From the NCBI RefSeq assembly GCF_006345805.1, contig NC_043003.1, positions 26,412,001 to 26,476,000 on the forward strand: a stretch of 64,000 nt of DNA, given 5' to 3'. A model generated the notes under the pieces. That model ran no database searches, was not told the origin of the DNA, and saw nothing but the letters and a program-made list of their open reading frames with translations. This document shows positions 25,390-37,675 of the stretch, piece by piece (position 1 is the first letter of the stretch; each line of letters opens with the position of its first letter). Made by a program: the position numbers and the translations under genes. This stretch comes from Octopus sinensis (Eukaryota).

Positions 25390-25735
25390 CAATCCAAGAG
25401 TTGGTACTGGTGGTGGTGGTGGTGGCAGTGGTGGTTAGGGTGGTGGTTGTGGCAATGGTTGTAGTGGTGGTAGTGGCGGTGGTAGCAGTGACGGTGGTGG
25501 TGGTAGTGGCAGTGGGAGCAGGGATGGACGTGGTGGTGTTGAGGGTAATGGTAATGATGATGGTGGTGGTAGTGGTGATAGCAATGGCCATGGTAGTAGT
25601 GGTGGTAGTGGTGGTGTTGAAGGTAGTGGTAGTGATAGTGATGATGGTGGTAGTGCTGATAGTGGTGATGGTGTTGGGGGCCAGAGGTGGTAGTAGGGGT
25701 GGTGTTAGTCATGGTGGTAGTAGTAGGAGTGGTTG
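25390..25735. repeat. (GGT)n-rich triplet array
   Basis: Direct inspection. Confidence 0.9.
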
Positions 25736-26587
25736 TTAATATTGTTTAGCCACAAGTCAGCCCAGATTACAATTTTGTATCAATGACCAACCCACTCACA
25801 TTTTTTATTCATAGAGTACCTCAGACTACACTTCTTCCAGTTCCTCTCTCTCTTTCAGCTGAGACGTCCTTGTCCTGGAACCTACATGGCAACCCCGTGG
25901 GAACTGGTACCACGTAAAAAGCATCCATGCTAGTACCATGTAAGAAGCATCTGAGCTGGCACCATGTAAAAAGCACCAGTACTGGTTCCACATAAAAAGT
26001 ATCCATGCCAGTACCACATAGAGAGCCCTCATGCTGGTGCCATGTGAAAAGGTACTCATGTCAGTACCATGTGAAAAACACCCAGTACACTCTGTAAAGT
26101 GGTTGGTGTTAGGAAGGGCAATCCACCCATAGAAACCATGCCAAAACAAAAAGTGGAGCCTATACAGCTCTCCAGCTTGCTAGCTCCAGTCAAACTGTCC
26201 ACCCCATGCCAGCATGGAAAATGGACATTAAATGATAACGGTGGTTAGGGAGCTTGCTTCCTAGCTACATGGTTTCGGGTTCAGTCCCACTGCGTGGCAC
26301 TTTGGGTAGGTGTCTCCACTATAGCCCCGAGCTGACCAGAGCTTTGTGATTGAATTCGGCAGGCGGAAGTTACTGCCGTGTGTGTATATGTGCGTGTAGG
26401 TGCTTGTGCCTCTCCCAAAGAGAGAGAGGGATGATGTAGGAATAGCTTATCAAATGGATCCTTTCCCGCCAGTGTATGCAACAGAGACAATATTTAATTA
26501 CAATAATCATTTATGTGTCATGCATAAATGCATACATGCTGTTGATAGCTCAGTTCCTTCAATATTTGTCCTGAGGTCTACAAGAGA

Positions 26588-27095
26588 TGTTATCTCAGGG
26601 CAAAAACTGTAGTGACTGGCCTACCAACTGTGTATATATACAGTAACTACAATACATCATCATCATCATCATCTAGATCCTTTAACTGATGCAGCCAGTC
26701 ATTGGGGTGCTGCTCTAGATGCTTTCATAGTCAGCTGTTGCCACTGGTCTCTGTTAATGCAGGCATGTGGCTTAGTGGTTAAGGTGTTCGACTCATGATT
26801 GTAAGATTGTGGTTTCAATTCCCGGACCGGGTGATGTGTTGTGTTCTTGAACAAAACACTTCATTTCACATTTCTACAGTCTACTCAGTAAGCAAAAATG
26901 AGAAATCCTGCAATGGATTGGTGTCCTGACCAGATGGGGAATATATATGCCATGAAACCAGGAAACTGACCCTTATGAAGCGGCACCCTAATGACTGGCT
27001 GCATCAGTTAAAGGATCTTGAAGATGATGATAATGTATCATAATTATTGTAATACACTGTAGGCCAATCACTGAAGTTTTTGTCCTGAGATAACA
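26588..27095. repeat. ~120-bp inverted repeat (26588-26713 / 26980-27095) bracketing a family D SINE
   Basis: tgttatctcagg...gatcctttaactgatgcagccagtcatt.gggtgc and its reverse complement. Confidence 0.8.
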
Positions 27096-27129
27096 CTTCT
27101 TGGTATTATACTTTTACCTTTCTTACTGA

Positions 27130-27300
27130 TCTTAGTTTTGTGTCATTCATAGCAGATTCCCTGTGTTGTGATCTGTCCAGTTTTTGATGTTTGTCAAATC
27201 AGTACTTTCTTTGTCTGCCTCTCTTTCGCTTGCCCTCAACTGTATCCTGGAGAATAGCTTTAGGTAGGGAGTAGTGGTGGGATACATGACCCAACCAAGC
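27130..27300 (-). mobile_element. RTE-clade LINE C-terminal fragment
   Basis: WLGHVSHHYSLPKAILQDTVEGKRKRGRQ matches the RTE WxGHVxR...GxVEGxRxRGR motif. Confidence 0.75.
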
Positions 27301-27319
27301 AAGCTTTTGTGTTTTACCT

Positions 27320-27704
27320 GCGCAGAAGTGGCTGCGTGTTAAGTAGCTTGCTTACCAACCACATGGTTTTAGATTCAGTTCCACTGCATGGCACCTTGGG
27401 CAAGTGTCTTCTACTATAGCCTCGAGCTGACCAAAGCCTTGTGAGTGGATTTGGTAGATGGAAACTGAAAGAAGCCCATCGTATATATATATATGTGTGT
27501 ATGTGTGTCTGTGTTTGTCCCCCCAACATCACTTGACAACTAATGCTGGTGTGTTTATGACCCCGTAACTTAGTGGTTTGGCAAAAGAGACCGATAGAAT
27601 AAGTACTAGGCTTACAAAGAATAAGTCCTGGGTTGATTTGCTCGACTAAAGGCGGTGCTCCAGCACGGCCACAGTCAAATGACTGAAACAAGTAAAGAGA
27701 GTAA
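27320..27704 (+). mobile_element. SINE family A (full length)
   Basis: Complete head, body and tail. Confidence 0.9.
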
Positions 27705-27960
27705 GGAGTGGTTCCTGTCTGCTAGTGTATTTGTTGACATGCTACCTGACAAAGTTTTGTACTCTACATGATACAAAGATGGCTGTTTAATCCTTTGCTT
27801 ATTTCAGAATGTAGGCTTTGATTTAAGGTAACAAGCCAGCAGTACTGTTAAGAGTATTGGATAGAATGCCTCCCAATATTTATTCTGATTCATGGTGCAC
27901 TGAACTCAAATTCTGCTGAGGTCAACTTTGCCTTTCATCCTATCAATGTTTATAAAAAAA

Positions 27961-28243
27961 CTAACTGGCCCTGTGCCTTCAAAAATGACGACTAATTGTA
28001 GTATTTTATATGCAAATATGGATGGTAATTCAAATTAATACACTTGTCAATGTTATCTAGTGGTTGTCTTTTGAGATGTGACATCAATCATCGTTTGTTA
28101 CTGAAAGAATGCTGGTTCACACGTACAAACATTCACATACTTCACTTGTACACGCACAGACATACACACATATATTCACATAGTGTTGAAACGCAGTTTG
28201 CTTTTTCTTTTCATCATTGAATGTTCATCATCCCACTTCCATT

Positions 28244-28276
<33 letters not shown>

Positions 28277-28410
28277 TTCACATACCTCCTTTTTAAATAC
28301 ACACACATATACTCACACAGAGTTGAAATGCTTTCACAACCAGTTTGCCATCACCCCTTCCTTTCTCACTCATATGTTGTGAAGGAGAAAAACACAAGAG
28401 TATTATTATA
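27961..28410. repeat. Unclassified dispersed repeat, copy 2
   Basis: Same orientation and colinear with 2352-2805. Confidence 0.85.
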
Positions 28411-28464
28411 GTAGAAGATACTAATCCAAGACAGTGGATTGTCAGAAGTGCTAGAGGTTCAGGT

Positions 28465-28890
28465 GTAGGCATGGCTGTGTGGTAAGAAGTTTGCCACTTG
28501 ATCACTATGGTTTCATGTTCAATCCTACTGTATGGCATCTTGGGCAAGTGTCTTCTTCTATAGCCTCAGGCCAGCCAAAGCCTTATGAGTGGATTTGGTA
28601 GATAGAAACTGAAAGAAGCCTGTCTTATATGTGTGTGTGTGTGTGTGTCTGTGCATGCACATGTGTGTGTCTTCATGTTCATTTGTCCCCAACAACTGCT
28701 TGAAAACCGGTTTTGGTATGTTTACCTCCTTGTAGCTTAGCAGTTCAGCAAAAGAGGCCGATAGTATCAGACCTAAAAAATAATAAGTCCTGGGGTCAAT
28801 TTGTGTGACTGAAATTCTTCAAGGCAGTGCTCCAGCATGGGCACAGTCTTAAAACACATTCTTAAAACTGAAACAAGTAAAAAGATAAAA
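28465..28890 (+). mobile_element. SINE family A (diverged)
   Basis: Family A head, body and tail. Confidence 0.8.
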
Positions 28891-29099
28891 GCTACTTTGC
28901 GGTCACTAACCTGTCTCTTTGAATTCTGACATCAATGCCTGTGATGGCATTGGTGTCAAGCTGTATCACACCAAATTATTTCAATCTTTTATCTTTTACT
29001 TGTAGCAACCATCACCACCAAAATGAAGGAACATCTATGTGGTCACTAGGTCTGCTAGAAAAAGCAGCCAAACTCCTCTCAAATCCCAGCCTATAAAGA

Positions 29100-30150
29100 G
29101 CTCTCATTTGTCATTGTTGGCAATGCCTTTACAAATGTATGTACAGGGCAGGACAAGAATATTTTGAGGAAGACTGATCATTACCCATGCATACAATTCT
29201 CTCGTCTCCATGTTGCAGATGTTTTACACAAAGGAAATTTGCAGAGTTGCAGGAAATTTGCAGAGTTGGCATAGGATACCTTCATGGTGTGTCAATAAAA
29301 AAATAACATGATACCGATTAGATTTAGGAAAGCACCAGTCCAAAGCAGCAAAAACTTTTCCAGTGATCTTGGTTGAAACATGTAAACCAAAAATCAGGTT
29401 GAACTAGAGGACATCCTGATTGCTATATCTGTTGTTAGTCTTATTTGATCAAGTGTGTTGTACAGGATTGCAACAAACATTTGAATTATTATGTCACATG
29501 TGTCTATGAGTTTTCGTTGGTAGTTCATTGATATGACCAATTGTTTCTGTCCTGCATTCTTTATATGAGTGAATTCTCAAATGGTAACATTGTGCATCAC
29601 AGTTAGAGGAATTACCAGTGTTGTGTATGTCTGCTTCTTGTATATATTGGATTTTTTTCATGATACCCAGCCCTAGCTAGAGCAGCATTATAATAAGATG
29701 CATGAGATCCGAAGATTTTATTATTAGCAGGTAATGTAGAGATTCTTGTTGAAATATTCTAAACTACTCCCCGTATAATCGAGGGTGGATGGTTGGATGA
29801 TACGTTAATGTACTTAATATGACCATTTGGCTTATGAAATGGTTCAAATGATCCAGTATCAAGACAGAAGGTAGCATCAAGAAAGTTTACTCTATGATAA
29901 TCTTTACCTATAGTAATGTTGAGACCTAAATTTTTGAAAAGCCTACAGAAATTTTTCCTATTTCTTTCTAACTGTACTTTAAGGTATCATCCCTATATAG
30001 ACCCCCTGTTACTTCCGGAAAGGAAGACTGGATTAATGAAAGGATATATATTCCAACTAGGTCACTGGCCTGAGCAGAATCATGTGAGCCCATTGCTATA
30101 TCAAATGCATTCTCCCTATCTAATCTTCTCTATAATTTACCATCTGAATC
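29100..30150 (-). mobile_element. Decayed Penelope-like retroelement: reverse transcriptase core, thumb and linker
   Basis: FDIAMGSHDSAQASDLVGIYIL...GGLYRDD...LGLNITI...VNFLDATFCLDTGSFEPFHKPNGHIKYINVSSNHPPSII...YYNAALARAGY...VSTKITGKVFAALDWCFPKSNRYHVIF..HTMKVSY, with stops and frameshifts. Confidence 0.85.
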
Positions 30151-30611
30151 TACTAGAGTGGCTTGCATGGCATATGTATGTATATATCTGTGTGTGTGTG
30201 TATGTGTATCTATGTATCTGTGTCCTGTCCCACTTATCACCATTTGGCAACTGGTGTTGATGCGTTTATGTCCCTGTAACTTAGTGGCTTGGCAAAAGAC
30301 ACCAATAGAATAAGTACTAGGTTTACAAAAAATAAGTCCTGGCATCGGTTTGTTTGACTAAACCCCCTTCCAAGCAGTGCTCCAGCATGGCCACAGTCAA
30401 ATGACTGAAGTAAGTAAAAGAACAAAAGAATACTGCTTCCCTCTCTGTATACTTGCAATACCATACACACATACACATGCACACACACTTACATGCACAC
30501 ACACACACACACTGATTCCAAAATATCACACAGACAAACAATTGCCTGTTCTTGTGCTGCTGTCATCTCTCATTTCCAAACCAAACCAATATAGCTGTTT
30601 TTTACTGTTGG

Positions 30612-30730
30612 TGTATTATATTATTATTATTATTATTATTATTTATTTATTAATGTTTTTCTGAATGTAAATCCTTTGTGGTCAATAAAGACGTTGTTGT
30701 TGTTCTTATTTTATTAGTATTACTATTATC

Positions 30731-30762
<32 letters not shown>

Positions 30763-30839
30763 CATCATCATCATTATTATCATTATTATCATTATTATCA
30801 TCATCATCATCATTATCATTATTATCATTATTATCATTA

Positions 30840-30894
<55 letters not shown>

Positions 30895-30900
30895 TATCAT
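30612..30900. repeat. (ATT/ATC)n triplet array
   Basis: Direct inspection. Confidence 0.95.
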
Positions 30901-31334
30901 CAAATCTACACAGAAGCCATGTGACATTTCTCTCTTTCTAAGACCTTTCTATGTCAGCATAAAACAAATATCTTATTATTAATTTGATTTATAACATGCT
31001 CATCTGTATGTATGAGTTATTGTGATTCTCTGGAATGAAATTAAGGACAAGGCTGTTGTTGTTGTTGTTATTATTTTTGTTTCCATATTTTTAATTTGTT
31101 TCGTTTGTGGTTTTTTTTTTTTTTAATGTCATGACCTTTTAGTCCACTGGTCACTCAAGCAATGACCAGGTAAAAGCACTGAAGCAACAATCTGCTTACC
31201 TCAAACACTACCATTGCCATCCACCCTCATACCACCACTGCTGCTACCACCAAGAACAACAATAACAGAAACACAAAATAAAAAGAAAAAAACAGCATCA
31301 ATCATGTGCAGTTCTAGGTTCATTAATTATATTG

Positions 31335-31466
31335 CTTGTGACTATGTGTATGTATGTGCATATATATATGTGCATGTGTGAGTGTGTGTATATATTTATG
31401 TGTATGTATATATATATGTGTGTGTGTATATATATATATGTATGTATATTTATATGTATATATATG

Positions 31467-31497
<31 letters not shown>

Positions 31498-31767
31498 GCA
31501 TGTATCTATATATATATGTGCATATATATATGTGCATATATATATGTATATATATATATGCATGTATCTATATATACATGTGCATATATATATGCATATA
31601 TCTATATATATATGTGCATATATATATGCATATATATATGTATATATATATATGCATGTATCTATATATATGTGCATATATATATATGCATATATCTATA
31701 TATATATATGTGCATATATATATATGCATATATATATGTATATATATATATTATATATATATATATA

Positions 31768-31808
<41 letters not shown>

Positions 31809-31851
31809 ATATATATATATATATGTGTGTGTGTGTATATATATATATATA

Positions 31852-31899
<48 letters not shown>

Positions 31900-32003
31900 T
31901 GTATATATATGTATGTATATACATATATATAGATATAGATATATGTATGCATATACATATATGTACACATATATCTGTATGTATATACATATATATGCAT
32001 GTG

Positions 32004-32069
<66 letters not shown>

Positions 32070-32148
32070 TATATTTATGTATATATATGTATATATATGT
32101 ATGTGTGTGTGTAATATATATATATGTATGTATATTTATATGTATATA

Positions 32149-32194
<46 letters not shown>

Positions 32195-32528
32195 TGTATC
32201 TATATATATATATGCATGTATCTATATATATATATGTGCATATATATATATGCATATATATATGCATATATCTATATATATATGTGCATATATATATATG
32301 CATATATCTATATATATATGTGCATATATATATATGCATATATATATGTATATATATATATGCATATATCTATATATATATGTGCATATATATATATGCA
32401 TATATCTGTATATATATATGTGCATATATATATATGCATATATATATGTATATATATATATTATATATATATATATATGTGTGTGTATATTATATATATA
32501 TATATATATATATGTGTATATATATATA

Positions 32529-32559
<31 letters not shown>

Positions 32560-32740
32560 GTGTGTGTATATATATATATATTATATATATATATATATAT
32601 ATATGCATGTATATATATGTATGTATATATATATATATAGATATAGATATATGTATGCCTATACATATATGTACACATATATCTGTATGTATATACATAT
32701 ATATGCATGTGTATATATATATATATAATATATATGTATG

Positions 32741-32778
<38 letters not shown>

Positions 32779-32915
32779 TATATTTATGTATATATATGTA
32801 TATATATATGTATGTGTGTGTGTATATATATATATTTATGTATATATATGTATGTGTGTATATATATGTGTGCGTGTATATATATGTGTGTGTGTGTATA
32901 TATATATATATATGT
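31335..32915. repeat. 1.6-kb TA-rich satellite with ~708-bp internal duplication
   Basis: Marker agatatagatatatgtatgc.tatacatatatgtacacatatatctgtatg occurs at 31931 and 32639. Confidence 0.9.
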
Positions 32916-33210
32916 AGGTATGTTGATGCAAACAGGAAAAACAGAACTCAAAATATGAGCTTATGTATATTTATATTAATATTTAGCAGAAGTAACAGAG
33001 TGACTCAAGGTCCAAGAGTTTTGTGCACATCAAACTATATACATACATTATATATATATATTATATATATAGCTTCATTTTCGAGAGAGGCCACTTGCTA
33101 GAGAAGCCATAGGCCTAGGGTCAGAAGAAACACTGTGAAGCTAAGCGCTTTATGGATGTGAAACCCAGGGTAACCCCATAAACCAGCCATATCTATCTTT
33201 ATCTAGATAC

Positions 33211-33396
33211 CAGTGGTTCCCAAGCTGGGGTCTGCGAACCCTTGGTGGTCCACGGACCCCTGATTGTCTGCAAAGGTAATACTGGGGGGGTCTGTGAACT
33301 AAATTTTAAATTTCATAGATCTTTATACATAAGGATATGCATATTAAAAGGGGTCCATTGGAAAACTCGTTTAAATAAAAGGGTTGTGAACCAATG
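33211..33396. mobile_element. hAT-type MITE
   Basis: TIRs cagtggttcccaa / ttgtgaaccaatg; 8-bp flanks ctagatac / ctatctac match 6/8. Confidence 0.65.
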
Positions 33397-33484
33397 CTAT
33401 CTACTCTACTGCACTATAACTTGGAGTGTGCTTCTTTTTCAGATTTATGATTTACTGACGATATATTTATGTGTGTGTGTGTAT

Positions 33485-33782
33485 ATAGGCATAGGAGTGG
33501 CTGTGTGGTTAAGTAGCTTGTTTACCAACCACATGGTTCCAGGTTCAGTCCCACTGCATGGCACCTTAGGCAAGTGTCTTCTACTATAGCCTTGAGCCGA
33601 CCAAAGCCTTGTGAGTGGATTTGGTAGACGGAAACTGAAAGAAGCCCGTCGTATATATGTATATATATGTATATGTGTGTGTATGTTTCTAGGCTTACAA
33701 AGAATAAGTCCTGGGGTCGATTTGCTCGACTAAAGGCAGTGCTCCAGCATGGCCACAGTCAAATGACTGAAACAAGTAAAAG
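33485..33782 (+). mobile_element. SINE family A with internal deletion
   Basis: Head and tail intact, middle body missing. Confidence 0.85.
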
Positions 33783-33793
33783 TATATATATAT

Positions 33794-33826
<33 letters not shown>

Positions 33827-35010
33827 CACGCACACTGACATGTGTGTGTGGGTGTATGTATATATATTTTTTATCCATTATTTTTTTTTTTTTCTATATA
33901 TTTATCTACTTATGCTGATCGGTCTTTTAGTCAATGCAATGACCAAATTTCTTTCCTTGTCTATATTTTTCACTCTCTTTCCTCCTCCCTGTTTCCCTTT
34001 TTTCCTCTCTAATTATTCATCTTTACTTTTTTCTTTCTCTCTCTCATATTTTTTATTTATTTCAATTTTATTTAACTTATTCAGATCTATATTTCTTTTT
34101 CTTTTTCTCCAAATCCTTCTCCACTTCTACCATAAATAAATGGTGCTAAATTTACGATTCTATAGAACAATAGTTTTATTGTCAACACCAGCAACTACTT
34201 TTGAACTTATGTTGATTGAGTTAAATGTCTAATCGGCGCCAACTGTCTGCAATTTTGGACTGGAACTGCTTTCTCTGCTTTTGTGTCCAAGATTGCTGTG
34301 TTTAATAAATCTTATTATATGTAGCTATCATTATATTATAAACTCTTCCAGCTTTCTACCCTTTGTGACCGAGAGCTGTGGTACACCCCCACATTAAACT
34401 ACTTAAATATTGGTATTCTGATTTGAAATTTCCCTTGGTGATAACTCAGTAGGTTATTCAACAAGTCATTGTTCACTTGTTTTAACATGATTGCCTGATG
34501 AATTTGGGAGTTATATATAATGTATTGCATAGTCTAAATACTTGTGTTATGCTCATGTTAAAATATAAGCTCGTTATGAAACAATTGTAGTAAAACTGAA
34601 AACCCGTTCATCTGTTTTTATTACATATACATATATGTTTTAGCTTTTTCTTGTTTCAGTCATCAGACCGTGACCATGCTGGGGCATTACCTTGAAGAAT
34701 TTTAGTTGGATGAATTGACCCTAGTACTTTTATTTCTTTTAAAACCAGCATGGAAAACAGACACTAAAGGATAAGGATGATGATGATGATGTACATATCT
34801 ATGTATATATATAAATATTGTTCTTTACGTGATTACTAATGACTAGAAATTCTAAGAACTTTGTAATAAGTAAACACACACACACACACAAAAAAAAAAA
34901 ATCAGGTTAAACATGTGAATTCAGTGTAATTTTTGTTTTAAAATTCCTTAATTTCCTTAAATTCAGAATACTAATATCATCCAAATATTATAAAGAAATG
35001 TTTATCTCAC

Positions 35011-35160
35011 TTGTAACATTTGAGGTCACTAGTAAAATGACACGTGTTTGAAAAACTCTAGCTATGGTTTTGGGGGAAAATCCATTTAAACTATTCATAA
35101 TCATTGAGGTGTTACTTTTATGAACAGATGCCTGTTCCAATACATAACAGAGGATTGCTA
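35011..35160 (-). CDS. Putative internal coding exon (150 nt, phase 1-1): AILCYVLEQASVHKSNTSMIMNSLNGFSPKTIARVFQTRVILLVTSNVT
   Basis: Acceptor cattttgaattgctatttcgtAG and donor acaa|GTgaga; lies inside track ORF 34988-35179 in unique, non-repeat sequence. Confidence 0.6.
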
Positions 35161-35486
35161 CTACGAAATAGCAATTCAAAATGAATGTCTACCTCAAGGA
35201 ATGTATTGCAAAATGGCATGTGAACTTGTTTATAGTTTAAACTGAAGTTATGGTTACTATATGACATTTTCTAACAGTAAAATTCCCTTGAAACAGTTAT
35301 AATCTTGCATATAAACACTAAGTATTTCGCTTCTTTGCTCTCAATTCCTAAACAATGAATGTTCTAAGAAGAAAAAAATAAAAATCACACATTTCATGAA
35401 TTCTATCTAGAGGTAATTATCTTTTAATTATCGCCTACTTTGATATCACATTTCATAAAATGTTAAATTAATTAATCACATATTAC

Positions 35487-35533
35487 ATCATACTGATGAT
35501 TTCTAAACAGAATGAAATAGTACTGTACATGAT
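35487..35533 (+). ncRNA. Degenerate hammerhead ribozyme motif
   Basis: atcata-CTGATGA-tttct-aaac-agaat-GAAA-tagtactg-TA-catgat; all three stems recognisable, each with one imperfect closing pair. Confidence 0.5.
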
Positions 35534-35800
35534 ACCAATAACTGGAAATTCAAAGAAGAAAAATAAAAAAGGTAAACATAAAGTGAGTTACATATGTGAA
35601 TTCCATTCATCTTTTCCCTAATAATTCTTTACTTTCCAGTACAAATCCTGCTAAATACTTTGATTATATATTTTGAAATAACTGCCCCACTAGTAAAACG
35701 ACATGTACATATGTATACACATACGCACACACAGATGTATATAAGCATATATATATTTATACACATATATATACATACATATCTATATATATATATATAT

Positions 35801-35837
<37 letters not shown>

Positions 35838-36598
35838 CATACATACACATATATATATATACTTATAAACATATATACACATATATATATATACACATAC
35901 ATACACAAATATAAAATTGTATATATATTTTTATATACATACATACATTATAGATATGTATATATATGTGTGTATGTGTACATATGAGAGAAAGAGAGAG
36001 AGTGACAGACAGACAGACAGACAGAAATAGAACACAGCTTGCTGTTGGAGGATATGACTGAATTCAATCGGAAATATGTAGGGAAAGGAGGTGGTTTTGA
36101 ATTCAATAGATAGCTATAAAGTGTGTGAGAATCACACAGCTTCACAGCTTTCTTTTATTCAATTCTTCTCTTGCCTTGTGTAGTTCTATTTCTTCTTTAT
36201 CATCTCTTCACACAAACACAAACTTGCACAGATGTATATTTGTGCATATGTATATATATTTGTCTATACACACACATATCCATCAGTATATATATATGTA
36301 TGTACATATATATGTATATATATATATATATTATATAGCAATTAAGGACAACTACTTAATAAGGAAAACTTAACAAGAAATGTCAGGTAGATAGCGTGAA
36401 AACCTCATAAGAGAATAATTTCGAAAATAATTATTTCTTATTGAACATATTAATTTATATATAGAGGGCATTATACAACATGCCAGAGGGCATTATACAA
36501 ACATGTCACACGCTAAGAGGGACAATTAGTCATTTCTACCAAAAATATTACTAATCCCACCGAATGCAATTTTTCAAAGTAAGACATTTAAAAAATAT

Positions 36599-36646
36599 AG
36601 ACCTGTATCACAGTGATTTCATACTTACGTATTCATCAGCAGGCCT
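36599..36646 (-). ncRNA. Type I hammerhead ribozyme (intact core)
   Basis: Exact reverse complement of 37459-37506. Confidence 0.88.
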
Positions 36647-37458
36647 GAATGTATCATAAATAAACGACCCTGCCCCGCTTAAGCCGATCAGCTAACTGAT
36701 CAACATCAACGAAGCACATGGGTGAGTTTACATATATTACATCCTGTAAATGGCATACTTTTACGAATTGCATTTCGGGAAAGGAAAAGTTTTTTCGGAA
36801 TAAAAATTTAGCAATTAAGGACAACTACTTAATAAGAAAACTTAACAAGAAATTGTCAGGTAGATAGCGTGAAAACCTCATAAGAGAATAAATTTCGAAA
36901 ATAATTATTTCTTATTGAACATATTAATTTATATATAGAGGGCATTATACATACATGCCAGAGGGCATTATACATACATGCCACACGCTAAGAGGGACAA
37001 TTAGTCATTTCTACCAAAAATATTACTAATCCCATTTTTTAAATGTCTTACTTTGAAAAATTGCATTCGGTGGGATTAGTAATATTTTTGGTAGAAATGA
37101 CTATTGTCCCTCTTAGCGTGTGGCATGTATGTATAATGCCCTCTGGCATGTATGTATAATGCCCTCTATATATAAATTAATATGTTCAATAAGAAATAAT
37201 TATTTTCGAAATTTATTCTCTTATGAGGTTTTCACGCTATCTACCTGACAATTTCTTGTTAAATTTTCCTTATTAAGTAGTTGTCCTTAATTGCTAAATT
37301 TTTATTCCGAAAAAACTTTTCCTTTCCCGAAATGCAATTCGTAAAAGTATGCCATTTACAGGATGTAATATATGTAAACTCACCCATGTGCTTCGTTGAT
37401 GTTGATCAGTTAGCTGATCGGCTTAAGCGGGGCAGGGTCGTTTATTTATGATACATTC

Positions 37459-37506
37459 AGGCCTGCTGATGAATACGTAAGTATGAAATCACTGTGATAC
37501 AGGTCT
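37459..37506 (+). ncRNA. Type I hammerhead ribozyme (intact core)
   Basis: aggcctg-CTGATGA-atac-gtaa-gtat-GAAA-tcactgtga-TA-caggtct: 7-bp stem I (one G-U), 4-bp stem II with GUAA loop, stem III atcac/gtgat, AUA cleavage triplet after 37499. Confidence 0.9.
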
Positions 37507-37675
37507 ATATTTTTTAAATGTCTTACTTTGAAAAATTGCATTCGGTGGATGGGATTAGTATATTTTTGGTAGAAATGACTAATTGTCCCTCTTAGCATGT
37601 GGCATGTATGTATAATGCCCTCTGGCATGTATGTATAATGCCCTCTGGCATGTATGTATATGCCCTCTATATATA

